From Alphaproteobacteria bacterium (lineage in GTDB: Bacteria; Pseudomonadota; Alphaproteobacteria; JANQMY01), in contig CBDDFL010000002.1 of assembly GCA_965227095.1 (NCBI GenBank), positions 3,107-67,106 of the forward strand: a DNA stretch of 64,000 bases. The letters run 5' to 3'. Within the stretch, counting starts at the first letter, position 1. Each line of letters begins with the position of its first letter. Shown one piece after another: positions 18,720-28,744 of this stretch. The notes under the pieces were generated by a model. It was given only the letters and a program-made list of their open reading frames with translations, ran no database searches and was not told where the DNA came from. The position numbers and the translations under genes are program-made.

Positions 18720-19903
18720 TATGAACGTCCCCACGCTTGCTGGATCATCCGCTCGACTTCTTCTCCCACCGCATCCATGGAGCCCTTGGCGCGGTCATAG
18801 GTCGCTCGCGTCATCTCAGAACGAACAACTTCATAGATCGACTGCTTGAGCATCGTAGCGTCGCTGATTGCTGTGCTCTTCAGCGCAGTCGCCGACATGA
18901 CCCGATCTTGAAACAAGGCGCGCATGAACGAAGTGAGCTGCTGCGAAGGCACATCGGTTGGCTCGTCGCGGGTGACCAAAAACTTGAAATGATCGTATTG
19001 CAGCGTCGCGCCGGCGTCTTCAATCACCCCCATGTACGCACCTGCGAGTTCGAGAAACTGGGCCGTGGACGACACATCCAGCATGGACGGCGTGAGAGGC
19101 ACGAGCAGCGAACTCGCCGCTGCCATCCCTGCGATTGTCAGGAACCCGAGCTGCGGCGGACTATCCACAAGAACCAAGTCAAAATCATTTTCCACCTGGA
19201 CAAGCGCGTTCCGAATGCGTGTGAAAAACGGCTGATCCGGGTTCGAATGAACCGCGGATTCCGTTTCAAACTCGGAGAGGATCAACCGCGATGGAGCGAT
19301 TGACAGGCCGGGAAAATAGGTCGGCTGCACGACATCAGCCATCTCGACCGAATCATCGTACCGGATCGCGTCGTAAATCGTCAGCCCATCAAACTCGATC
19401 TCCGGGCTAATCCCACACATCGATGTAAGCGAGCCTTGCGGATCGAGGTCCACAGCGAGCACCCTGTAACCACGTAGCGCAAAATAGTGGGCAAGGTGAA
19501 TCGTCGTGGTACTTTTGCTGCTGCCACCTTTGAAGTTCATCAGCTGCCAAACCTGGAGCTTCTCCTCAGGTGAGCGGCGGGGCACATATCGGCCCTTTGT
19601 ACGAGACGAGCGCTCGAGGATCTCTCGTGCGTTCCAAATCTCTTGGGCGGAGTAATACCGGCGGCCACCACGGATGTCGCTTGGCTCAGGAACCGTTCCC
19701 TCGGCATGCACTTTTCGCATGAACTGGCCAGATACACCCAACAACTCGGCGACCTCCGGAGCAGCGAAGGCACGCAGCGACTTTGTGTTGTCTGGTGCGA
19801 AAGCCGCAAGAAGGTGCTCTCTGATCGCCGCGTTCAGCCGTTCGGAAATTTCGGTTGCGAGGGCTGATGGCCTTTCGGTACTAAGCGGTGTCACTGGAAT
19901 CAT
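18719..19903 (-). CDS. repA: Plasmid partitioning ATPase RepA (ParA family)
   Basis: N-terminal HTH; NFKGGSSKSTT deviant Walker A; VLAVDLDPQGSL; DSPPQLGFLT. Confidence 0.95.
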   Translation of the reverse strand: MIPVTPLSTERPSALATEISERLNAAIREHLLAAFAPDNTKSLRAFAAPEVAELLGVSGQFMRKVHAEGTVPEPSDIRGGRRYYSAQEIWNAREILERSSRTKGRYVPRRSPEEKLQVWQLMNFKGGSSKSTTTIHLAHYFALRGYRVLAVDLDPQGSLTSMCGISPEIEFDGLTIYDAIRYDDSVEMADVVQPTYFPGLSIAPSRLILSEFETESAVHSNPDQPFFTRIRNALVQVENDFDLVLVDSPPQLGFLTIAGMAAASSLLVPLTPSMLDVSSTAQFLELAGAYMGVIEDAGATLQYDHFKFLVTRDEPTDVPSQQLTSFMRALFQDRVMSATALKSTAISDATMLKQSIYEVVRSEMTRATYDRAKGSMDAVGEEVERMIQQAWGRS

Positions 19904-20049
19904 GTGGTTGCCCCAAATTCAAACATGTGGCTTTTTTCGCGCCACTTGGGGATAAAAGGTGTGATTCACCCAGTTAAGTCAAGATTTTTCGCATATATAG
20001 TGTCTAATTAGGCAGAACTAGACTACATGCGCCGTCCATTAAACCATTC

Positions 20050-20069
20050 GTGTTTACAGCTGTAAACAC
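20050..20069. promoter_or_regulatory. parS palindrome 3, upstream of repA
   Basis: Perfect GTGTTTACAGCTGTAAACAC. Confidence 0.8.
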
Positions 20070-20661
20070 TCCGGCAGGACAGGTTGCCCGCGGGAAACCC
20101 TACTCAGACTTCGGTCGAACCCCAGAGAATCACTCGCTGAACCATGTCATCATCCTGGATTGCAGTCTTGCCAAGATTGGCGTTGAGAACAATATCCTGG
20201 ATCGCCAGGGTGAAGTAGGCGGCCCCGGCCACATACTTCTGCGTCTTCCAAGTGCCGTTGCGTTCAACCAGGAGACCACGGGATGAGCAGACGACAACTC
20301 AGTGCGTGGGGCAACGCGATTCCCGCTGGCAACCGGCTCAACAGCGACCTCATTGTAGGAGCTCAAGGTCGAGACCAAACCGGCGCTCTTGGCAGACTCG
20401 GTTTTGGCGCTTTCGCACTCAAACAAATGGAGGTCAATGCTGTGCGCCTTTATTTTGGTGATGCAATGGTAACCAGAGCGTAGGAGTCCAAGGTTGTGAA
20501 ATCCTAAAAGCGAAGCGGGGAAGGGTAGGGGGACGGGAGATTTCAATGCGAGAAATGACCGGCAGGGTTTGAGAAGGCTCCAAAAGGATAACCAACTTAA
20601 CCGGGGCGTTTCGCACGAGCATAAAATCCGCCGACGCCAACGTGAAGCACAACGTCACGGC

Positions 20662-21007
20662 GATGGTCCCAAGGCGGATCGCGCCGAGGAAGTACTAGGG
20701 CAGGGGCCTAGGATCAGCGTTCAAGTTGAACGAAGCGCTGGCCAATTGCCGCAGGAAGGCAGGGCTCAGTTGGGAGGACACCGGGGTTTTTCTTGCCGGC
20801 ATCCAGTCTTTGTGCTCGGTCGAGGACCTGACGGTGCAAACCCATCAGGTGGGCCGTGCATTGGCGGAGAAATACCAGCTATCGGTCAATGACGCGATGG
20901 TCGTGTCGGCCGAGTTGATCTCTGGGTGCACGACGTTGAGGGGTGAGGACATGCACGACGGATTGCTCATCGAGGGTCAGTTGCGCGTCGTCAATCCGTT
21001 TGTCTAA
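20662..21007 (+). pseudogene. VapC/PIN toxin remnant (N-terminus missing, frameshift at ~20726)
   Basis: DGPKADRAEEVLGQGPRISVQV in one frame continues as LNEALANCRRK..DAMVV..EDMHDG..VVNPF in another. Confidence 0.8.
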
Positions 21008-21887
21008 CCAGCAAACCAAGACGCTCGGCCCGTTCCAACAGCATTTTCACCGAAGATGGCTGCCAACTTGTCCGTCCGCGTGGTGTGCGCTCACGCATCG
21101 ATTCCAGCCGATCGCAGATCGCCACTAGCGTGATGTCCGGGTCCGCGCCCTTGATGGCAGCGACGATCGCGGGCAGGCGGTCGTCGGTTTCGCGACGTCC
21201 GGCGCGGCCCAGAACCTCGGCGGGCAGGAACCCGTCGCGCACATAGGCTTTCACGGCGCGCAGCAGGCGGCTTTGCGTCCAGCGGCGATCATGGGGCAGG
21301 GGGCCGTTGATAATCCGCAACATGTCTTCCCAAGCCATATCGGGCCGCAGGCGGCGCACATGGGGCACCCAATCCTGCGCGGTCTCGTTCAGCCGCTCCA
21401 TGTAGCCGTCTTGCCGCGCCAGTCGCACCTTGCGTAGCGCCGCTGGATCGCGGGCGCGCAGGCCCGGGTTGCCGCCGACTCGGCCCTTAGTACGGGCGCT
21501 CGCCAGCCCCGCCTTGGTGCGTTCCCGGATCAGCGCGCGTTCGAACTCGGCCGCGGCGCCCAGAACCTGCAGCGTGAACTTGCCTTGTGGCGATGCCGTG
21601 TCGATGGGGTCCTGGAGAGAACGGAAGAAAGCCCCCTTGGCCTCCAGACGTTCGATCACCTCCAGCAAGTGCGACAGAGACCGTGCAAGCCGGTCGATCC
21701 GAACGACAACCAGCGTGTCGCCGCTCTGGACGCGTTCGAGCACGCGGGCAAGTACTGGCCGCGCACGATTGCCGCCTGAGGCGTGTTCTTCAAAGATCTC
21801 TACGCAACCCGCAGATTGAAGGGCCTCAGACTGGGGCAGGGGGGTCTGATCCTCTGTGGAAACTCGCGCGTAGCCTATCAGGGGCAT
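20991..21887 (-). CDS. Serine recombinase (resolvase family) with C-terminal extension
   Basis: IGYARVST, RIDRLARS and AEFERALIRERTKAGL motifs. Confidence 0.93.
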   Translation of the reverse strand: MPLIGYARVSTEDQTPLPQSEALQSAGCVEIFEEHASGGNRARPVLARVLERVQSGDTLVVVRIDRLARSLSHLLEVIERLEAKGAFFRSLQDPIDTASPQGKFTLQVLGAAAEFERALIRERTKAGLASARTKGRVGGNPGLRARDPAALRKVRLARQDGYMERLNETAQDWVPHVRRLRPDMAWEDMLRIINGPLPHDRRWTQSRLLRAVKAYVRDGFLPAEVLGRAGRRETDDRLPAIVAAIKGADPDITLVAICDRLESMRERTPRGRTSWQPSSVKMLLERAERLGLLVRQTD

Positions 21888-21932
21888 AAAACGGGCCCTT
21901 TGCAATTTAAGATATTACCAATAAACGACCAT

Positions 21933-23012
21933 TTAGTCGAGAAGCTCGCTCGCCGGGTTCTCAGCGACGTCGACATCGTCGTAATACTTCTGCGCCTGTG
22001 CCGGCGAGCGATGTAGAGAAAGCCGCATCGCGGCGGGCAGGGGAGTACCGGCAAGGGCTGCCTGGGTCAGGAAGCCAGAGCGGAGCCCGTGTGGGGATGC
22101 AAAATCCCTGTCGATTCCGGCGGTCTCCAACAACCGTTTGACGATCTGATTTACCGATGCGTCCGACAACCGCTTCTGCCCCAGGGCTCCAGTCCGGGTG
22201 ATCCGTCGAAACAATGGTCCTTTTTCGATCTCGGCCGCATCAATCCAGGCGACGAGCGCCCGGGCAGCGCGGCCCTTGAGCACGAGTTTCGGGGTGCTTC
22301 CTGCATCTGTCGTCTTGGTCCCGGGCAGCTGGATCCAGACGACACCCGTGGCGTCAAAGGTTTCCAGATCAATGTCGCGGCGATTGAGACTGACGATCTC
22401 AGAACGGCGGCGGCCGCCCGACGCCCAACCCAGCAACAGAATTGCGCGATCACGAATGCCGCGAAGTCCGGGACCTGCTGCCTCGGCGAGTTGCAACAAC
22501 AAATCTCTCGTGATCGGATGAGCCGATTTCGGGGCAGGGGGCCTTGCCGCGGCTTTGCGCGCCTTCGCGCGAGCCTGTCGCACCAGCGGCGCTTCAAAGG
22601 GTGATGCGAGATTTCGCATCCGGTGAAACGCCCGCCAAGACGCGATGCGTCTATCCAGCGTCGAGGGAGCGGGGCAGGCGAGGCTCTTGCGCAGTCCTAT
22701 GGCAATCAGCGCTCGCGCAACCTCACCGGCCTTCCGTGCATCGTTGCTCAGATCGCGACTGTGATCGAGGATGAAGCGCAGCGCGACATCTTCGCTTTCG
22801 GGCCATGCCAACGCCGGTTCATCAGCAAAGCGCATTTTCTTCCAGGCCGAGAGATAGATCAGATCCCGCTCATAGGCCCTCCTTGTGTTTTCGGGTGTGC
22901 CGCGCGCGTAAAGATCGTTGAGCGCCTCGCGGTCCTCGGCATCGAGACGCGGAGCCCGATAGGGCAGGGGGCTCTCCCTCGTCGCGCTGAGTAATTTTGA
23001 CCGTGGTTTCAT
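21933..23012 (-). CDS. Tyrosine recombinase/integrase
   Basis: RDRAILLLG..GGRRRSE, HGLRSGF, HRS and KYY catalytic motifs. Confidence 0.93.
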   Translation of the reverse strand: MKPRSKLLSATRESPLPYRAPRLDAEDREALNDLYARGTPENTRRAYERDLIYLSAWKKMRFADEPALAWPESEDVALRFILDHSRDLSNDARKAGEVARALIAIGLRKSLACPAPSTLDRRIASWRAFHRMRNLASPFEAPLVRQARAKARKAAARPPAPKSAHPITRDLLLQLAEAAGPGLRGIRDRAILLLGWASGGRRRSEIVSLNRRDIDLETFDATGVVWIQLPGTKTTDAGSTPKLVLKGRAARALVAWIDAAEIEKGPLFRRITRTGALGQKRLSDASVNQIVKRLLETAGIDRDFASPHGLRSGFLTQAALAGTPLPAAMRLSLHRSPAQAQKYYDDVDVAENPASELLD

Positions 23013-23048
23013 GCGCTGAGGGTGACGAGAATGGTCGTTTCTGTCAAC

Positions 23049-23073
23049 ATACGATAATTGTATCTTATCGTAT
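23049..23073. promoter_or_regulatory. Candidate tyrosine-recombinase crossover site
   Basis: ATACGATAA-N7-TTATCGTAT between the divergent integrase and HTH genes. Confidence 0.65.
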
Positions 23074-23133
23074 CTTACATTGCATTCTGCAAAACTCTTG
23101 AGTAGATATCAATATGTCCCTATTTTGCTCATT

Positions 23134-24237
23134 ATGCAGCGTCATCCCTATATTTTAGAAGCCGGTAGCGAAGAGTCCGAGCGCGGAATCTACGATCCGG
23201 AGCCAATTCAAGATGACGACCTCTGGTTCATGCCTGCCAGTTTTAGTGGGGAAGCTGACGACCTCGCGCCTCCGCTCCCCCGGGCAGATCACTCCAGGCT
23301 CATTGATGTTGACGCATGGCGTGAGGCGGAGGCCAGTCTTGCCGTATCATTGGCTAAGGTCGCGGCGAAGCTTGGGGCCCTCGACGAAAGATTGCGCCGG
23401 GCCCCAGAGGGCTGGCGGCACCGGCTCGCGCTGATCGAAGCATCTGGCGTGAGCTGGCTCGGGACCGAACGGATCTCGGCGGAGCGCCTGTCACTTTGGC
23501 GGGCCGTGCGGCTCAGTGGCGTCCAGGAAGACAACCAGGCACTCGCGCGGGCCGATTGGGCCTGCCGCCGACTGACGGCCGGGCCAATGCCCGACGTGAC
23601 GTCGGCTGAGAGTGTCATGGACTTCCTGGGTCGCCAGGAACCCGCTGAGGTGGATCATATTCTTCATCCTTCCGGTGAGCCGATCAGCGACCAGTTGGCC
23701 GCATGGTGCGAAGAAATGAACCGGGCCGGGGACCTGCATCCGATCAGTCGTGCCGCATTTGGGCAATACCTGTGGGGGCCAACCGGCCTGCTGGCTCATG
23801 TGCCAGGCGCAGAGATGGAGGCAGCAGTACTTTCTGCGAGGATCGCCACCGACGGGTTGACGGGCGGGGCGGTGTTCCTGCCGCTGGCGGGTGGCGGGCT
23901 GTCTGGGCTCCGTCGCGTCGGAAATCCGGCGGAGCGGCTTCGGCGGTTTTTGAAGGGGGCAGAGGCGGCGATACTGGCTACGCTGCGACATCTCGATCAG
24001 CTTGAGGCGTGGCAAGGCAGGGCGTCGCACGCGCTGAAAGGCCGATCGGGACGCACGCCGAAGCGAATGGTTGAAGTTCTCTCCGAATGGCCGCTGGTTT
24101 CCGCGCCGATGGCAGAAGAAATAACCGGGGCCAGCCGGGCGGCCCTTCAACGCAATCTCAATGATATGGCTCAGATGGGACTCATCCGCGAAATCACCGG
24201 GCAGGGCCGATACAGAGTGTGGTGCGCACTTGTATAA
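23134..24237 (+). CDS. DUF1612/HTH (RHE_PE00001-like) protein
   Basis: LGALDERL..GWRHRLAL; C-terminal PLVSAPM..LIREITGQGRYRVW HTH. Confidence 0.75.
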   Translation: MQRHPYILEAGSEESERGIYDPEPIQDDDLWFMPASFSGEADDLAPPLPRADHSRLIDVDAWREAEASLAVSLAKVAAKLGALDERLRRAPEGWRHRLALIEASGVSWLGTERISAERLSLWRAVRLSGVQEDNQALARADWACRRLTAGPMPDVTSAESVMDFLGRQEPAEVDHILHPSGEPISDQLAAWCEEMNRAGDLHPISRAAFGQYLWGPTGLLAHVPGAEMEAAVLSARIATDGLTGGAVFLPLAGGGLSGLRRVGNPAERLRRFLKGAEAAILATLRHLDQLEAWQGRASHALKGRSGRTPKRMVEVLSEWPLVSAPMAEEITGASRAALQRNLNDMAQMGLIREITGQGRYRVWCALV

Positions 24238-24287
24238 AAAGGTGTTCCCTGGAACGAACCCCGGGCCTGACTGCCAAATCCGAAGGC

Positions 24288-25337
24288 CTAACCGGCCGCC
24301 TTCGCGAGCCCCCGGCGTATTTCTGGAATGACGTTTGCGCCGAGAATCTCGATGGCCTCCAGCATGGATCGGTGATCGATAACGCCCACCCCGAATTGCA
24401 GCAGGATCCGATCAAAACGCAAAACCTCATGGGCGGCGAGAATCTTTTCGGCCAATTGCGAGGGGCCACCGGCAAAATAGCCGCCATTGGGACCGGAAAA
24501 CTTCTCGAACATCTCGCGGCTCTGCATGGGCATGCCGCGTTCGCGGCCGAGTTTGCCCATCTTCGCCGAATGCGCTGGATAGTAGATGTCCAGCGCGGAT
24601 TTCATGCTGTTATGCACAAAACCATGGGCTGTCAGCGATGTCATCAGGCGCAGTGCCCTATGGCCCGCCTCATGCCCGGCCTGGTGATAAAGCTGGAACA
24701 TCGGCGCGACACGCTTCCATTCGCCGCCCAGAATCAATGCCATCGCCATCGGCAGTCCCATGGTGCCGGCCCGCATGGCCGATTGCGGCGTGCCGCCAAC
24801 CCCCAGCCAGATCGGCAGTTGCAGCTGAACCGGCCGCGGATAAACACCGAGCCCATCGAGAGGCTGGGTGTGGGCGCTCCCCGGCCAGTTTGCGTGCTCG
24901 GCCTTGTTGATCTCCAACAGCATGTGCAGCTTTTCGATGAACAGATCATCGTAGTCGTACATGTCATAGCCAAAGAGTGGGAAGGATTCAGAGAACGCCC
25001 CCCGCCCGGCGATGATTTCGGCGCGACCATCGCTCAGACCATCCAGCGTGGCGAATTGCTGAAACACCCGCACCGGGTCATCGGAACTGAGCACCGAGAC
25101 CGTGCTGGTAAAGCGGATGCGCTTTGTCTGTGTCGCCGCGGCGGCGAGGGCAACCGCGATAGAGGAGACGGCGTAATCGTCCCGGTGATGTTCGCCGAGT
25201 CCGTAGACATCAACCCCGACCTGATCGGCCAGAGTGATCTCTTCGACGATGTTGCGCAGGCGTTCGGGCGCGCCAACGACCTGCCCGGTAACCGGGTTGG
25301 GACCTATATCGCCAAAGGTAAAAAGCCCGATTTCCAT
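24288..25337 (-). CDS. Luciferase-like (LLM) flavin-dependent oxidoreductase
   Basis: GEHHRDDYAVSS..LSSDDPVRVFQQFATLD..GRG..ESFPLFG. Confidence 0.92.
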   Translation of the reverse strand: MEIGLFTFGDIGPNPVTGQVVGAPERLRNIVEEITLADQVGVDVYGLGEHHRDDYAVSSIAVALAAAATQTKRIRFTSTVSVLSSDDPVRVFQQFATLDGLSDGRAEIIAGRGAFSESFPLFGYDMYDYDDLFIEKLHMLLEINKAEHANWPGSAHTQPLDGLGVYPRPVQLQLPIWLGVGGTPQSAMRAGTMGLPMAMALILGGEWKRVAPMFQLYHQAGHEAGHRALRLMTSLTAHGFVHNSMKSALDIYYPAHSAKMGKLGRERGMPMQSREMFEKFSGPNGGYFAGGPSQLAEKILAAHEVLRFDRILLQFGVGVIDHRSMLEAIEILGANVIPEIRRGLAKAAG

Positions 25338-25368
25338 TGCGGTTCGCTCGATTGTTCCAGGGTCCGGC

Positions 25369-26274
25369 TCAGCTTATCGCAATAATGAGCTTGCCGGTTA
25401 CACGGCCCTCAGCGCTGAGTTCATGGGCTGGGCCGACCTGATCCAGGGAGAAGGTTCTTTCGATGCGTAGATCCAACGCGCCCTCGGAGTAGAGCCGCGC
25501 TGCCTCCTGTAGCGCCTGTTCCGGCTGTGCCTGCGGGGTGGGCGAGAATTGGGCACCATATTCGGGGGCGGAGAAATCGACGATTGAGATAACCCGCGAC
25601 GCCTCGCCGGTGATTTGGATCAGTTCGGGAATGTTGCCCGCGCCGACCAGGTCGAGGGTCGCGTCGATCCCTTCTGGCGCAAGGGTCTTCAACCGGTCGG
25701 CGAGCCCGGGTTCGTAGGTGGTCGGCGTTGCTCCGAGACCGCTCAGATAGTCATGCTTGGCTGCGCTGGCTGTGCCGATGACGGTGATCCCGCGCGCCTT
25801 AGCGACCTGGACCGCGACCGAACCGACGCCGCCAGCCGCGCCGGAAATCAGGATCGTCTCGCCCGCCTTGGCTCCGACATAGTCGAGGCTGCGAATGGCG
25901 GTCTCCGAAGCGACTGTCATCCCTCCAGCCACGTCAAAGGGCATCGCATCAGGTTTGGCCGTCCAGTAGTTCAGCACTGCATAGTCCGCGAATGTGCCGA
26001 TACCTGCACCAAAAACGGCATCGCCCACGGCCACGCCGCTCACGCCTTCACCAACCTCATCGACCATTCCGGAGGCTTCGAACCCCACGCCAGCGGGAAA
26101 CTCAACGGGCATGAAATCCTTGAAATACCCGGCCCGGATCTTCCACTCCGCCGGATTTACCCCGGCTGCGCGGACCGCAATCCGCACCTGGCCGGGCCCG
26201 GCATGGGGTTCGTCAACTTCGACCAGTTCAAGGACTTCAGGTCCGCCGAACTCATTGAATTTGATTGCTTTCAT
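25369..26274 (-). CDS. NADP-dependent (MDR/quinone) oxidoreductase
   Basis: FGGPEVL..AAGVNP..GAAGGVG..GKLII. Confidence 0.9.
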   Translation of the reverse strand: MKAIKFNEFGGPEVLELVEVDEPHAGPGQVRIAVRAAGVNPAEWKIRAGYFKDFMPVEFPAGVGFEASGMVDEVGEGVSGVAVGDAVFGAGIGTFADYAVLNYWTAKPDAMPFDVAGGMTVASETAIRSLDYVGAKAGETILISGAAGGVGSVAVQVAKARGITVIGTASAAKHDYLSGLGATPTTYEPGLADRLKTLAPEGIDATLDLVGAGNIPELIQITGEASRVISIVDFSAPEYGAQFSPTPQAQPEQALQEAARLYSEGALDLRIERTFSLDQVGPAHELSAEGRVTGKLIIAIS

Positions 26275-26366
26275 TGCCGTCTTCCTTAATTTACTCGCGA
26301 GCGGGACTATCAATTTCTATGTGGTTTGCCAGGTCGGCATTTTGTCAACTTTGATCCGTAGGCCTT

Positions 26367-27134
26367 TCACCCGGGGTAGACTTTCAGCGCGACCAGGGTC
26401 TCCAACATCTGGCTCTTGTCGTAGGAAACGAAATCGACGCCGGTCACTGCCGGATCGGCAGCGATTGCGGCGGAAACCAGCCCAACTTCCCCATTCGCAA
26501 CCCAGTTCGGATCAACGTGTTCGCGTGCACGTGTAACCACTGGGCCAAGGACCTGCGACGCGACGCGAAGCCGGTCACCAAGTTCAGCGGTCAGCACCTT
26601 GCGCATCATTAAAAGCGCCGCCTGCTGCATGTTGATAATCGACGCGCCGGGCACCGGCATCTGGGCGCTTCCCCCGAGGATCAACTGGTAGGTTCCAGAT
26701 TGCGGCAGATGGGGAACCCAAGCGCGAACCGTCGCGACATGGGCGCTACTTACGCTGACAAAGAAGCTCTGCCAGTCTTCGTCCGAGATTTCCCACAGGG
26801 GGTTTTTCTGCCACCATCCGCCGATCGAAGCAACGATATCCGTAACCGGGCCGAATTCGCTAATGACGCGCTTGGCCATCTCCTCAGCGTCTTCGAAGCT
26901 GGCGGAGTCGCCGGATACAAAATCCACCCTTCCCGGACCTTCGAGATCCGAAAGGATTCCTCGCAGCTCATCGATCTTGCGATCGGTTCTGGACGGAACG
27001 ACGACATGTGCACCAGATTTCACCCATGCGCGAATAATCCCCTCGCCAACATCTCCGGTTCCTCCGGCAATGACCACACGGCGGTGACCTAAATCTGGAT
27101 AACGGGCTTTTGCCAAATCAATAATCTCAGCCAA
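26367..27134 (-). CDS. Atypical SDR oxidoreductase
   Basis: GGTGDVGEGI Rossmann motif; VASIGGWW. Confidence 0.8.
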   Translation of the reverse strand: MAEIIDLAKARYPDLGHRRVVIAGGTGDVGEGIIRAWVKSGAHVVVPSRTDRKIDELRGILSDLEGPGRVDFVSGDSASFEDAEEMAKRVISEFGPVTDIVASIGGWWQKNPLWEISDEDWQSFFVSVSSAHVATVRAWVPHLPQSGTYQLILGGSAQMPVPGASIINMQQAALLMMRKVLTAELGDRLRVASQVLGPVVTRAREHVDPNWVANGEVGLVSAAIAADPAVTGVDFVSYDKSQMLETLVALKVYPG

Positions 27135-27196
27135 ATTGAGCGCTCCTGTTGTTTGTAGCAGTCAGGCAAGGCCCGATGCTTGTTCGAGTTATTCGT

Positions 27197-28075
27197 TCAA
27201 AGTGCCTTCTCAGTGGCGCGGACCGTTTCGGCCCAGGGGGTTGTCGGGCGCCCGATCAACTTTTGAAGCGTGTGGCTTTCATCCATCAGCGCACCCTTGG
27301 CTGCATTGGCGTCGCTGTCGGCAAGCAGCGCGGCAATCGGGGCGGGCAGGCCGGCGCCTTCCAAAGCGCCAGCAAATTCCGCCTCGCTCATGTTGACATA
27401 GGCGACGGGCTTTCCGGCCGCCGCAGAGATCACCTCGACAAACTCGGCCATCGTGTAGCTTTCGTCCCCGGCCAACTCGTAGATCGCCCCGGACTGAATG
27501 GTATCGGCGGCCAAAACGGCAACGTCGCCTTCTGCATAGTCCTGACGGGTCGCGCTAGAGAACAGCCCGTCGCCAGCCGCGCCGAGATAGGCCCCATGTT
27601 CGAGCGCGGGCGGGATCGAAGCCGTCTGGTTCTCGGTATACCAGCCATGGCGCAGGAAGGCGTGAGGCAGGCCGGAGGCCCTGATCGCCGCTTCGGTTTC
27701 GCGATGGTCGGCGGCAAGTCCGATGCTGTTCGTCTCGGCCCTGAGAACCGAGGTATAGGCAAGAAAGCCAACACCGGCCGCCACAGCGGCATCAACCGCA
27801 TTCTTGTGTTGCTCGGCACGTCTGCCCATTTCGGAAGCAGAGATCAGGAGCAGCCGGTCGATGCCCTGAAAGGCCTGCTCGAGCGATGCGCGGTCGTCGT
27901 AGTCGCCGATGCGCACTTCAACGCCGTGCCCTTCCAGAGCGGCAGCCGCGTCGGGTCTACGCACAAGGGCCACGACGTTCTTGGCCGGAACCTTGCCGAC
28001 CAGTTCGGCAACGACAAGCGCGCCGAGTTGGCCCGATGCACCTGTGACGAGGTATTTTGCCGTCTGATCCGCCAT
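27197..28075 (-). CDS. NmrA/SDR NAD(P)H:quinone oxidoreductase (YtfG/QorB-like)
   Basis: VTGASGQLG..LLLISAS..QHKNAVDAA..HRETE..GWYTEN. Confidence 0.88.
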   Translation of the reverse strand: MADQTAKYLVTGASGQLGALVVAELVGKVPAKNVVALVRRPDAAAALEGHGVEVRIGDYDDRASLEQAFQGIDRLLLISASEMGRRAEQHKNAVDAAVAAGVGFLAYTSVLRAETNSIGLAADHRETEAAIRASGLPHAFLRHGWYTENQTASIPPALEHGAYLGAAGDGLFSSATRQDYAEGDVAVLAADTIQSGAIYELAGDESYTMAEFVEVISAAAGKPVAYVNMSEAEFAGALEGAGLPAPIAALLADSDANAAKGALMDESHTLQKLIGRPTTPWAETVRATEKAL

Positions 28076-28169
28076 GAACATGTCCTTTACTTTGATTCTG
28101 GTATACATATGAGGTATGGTCTCTTTCAGTTACCTACTATTGCTCAGCATTGGAAGAAGGCAGTTGCAA

Positions 28170-28616
28170 ATGACCAGGGAACACCAAAGTAACCCTGCTG
28201 ATGTGCTCGGTGACCTCATCAAGCATTTCGAGACCAGTCCGGAAGGCGGCATTGATACGGCAAGTTGTCCGGTCCGCGATGTGCTGGACCGTATCGGAGA
28301 CAAATGGTCGGTTCTGATCCTGACGCTGCTCGCTCGTGAGCCAAAGAGGTTCAGCGCATTGAACAGGGTTGTCGGTGACATCTCCAAGAGGATGCTGACC
28401 CAGACGCTGCGCTCGCTGCAGCGCGATGGGCTGGTTGAGCGGACCGTCTACCCGACGACACCGCCGATGGTCGATTATCGTCTGACGGATCTTGGCCGGT
28501 CCGCGCTCGAACCTCTGGCCGGGCTGATTGTCTGGGCCGACCGAAGCCATGACCAGATCCGCCAGGCGCGTGAGGCGTTTGACCATAAGGGAGAGGATAT
28601 GCCCCTGGTTTCCTAG
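28170..28616 (+). CDS. HxlR/DUF24 family regulator
   Basis: [35 protein letters not shown]; divergent from the quinone reductase. Confidence 0.92.
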   Translation: MTREHQSNPADVLGDLIKHFETSPEGGIDTASCPVRDVLDRIGDKWSVLILTLLAREPKRFSALNRVVGDISKRMLTQTLRSLQRDGLVERTVYPTTPPMVDYRLTDLGRSALEPLAGLIVWADRSHDQIRQAREAFDHKGEDMPLVS

Positions 28617-28744
28617 GGTCCGGGCCCCTGCCTTCAATGACCTGTCAGGTTTGTCACGGTCGACACGCCGGATGAGCCAGTCCTCGGGTCAACACATATG
28701 TCGATCGGCCCAAACGAATGGGCAGCCTTGGAAAGGTTCCTTTC

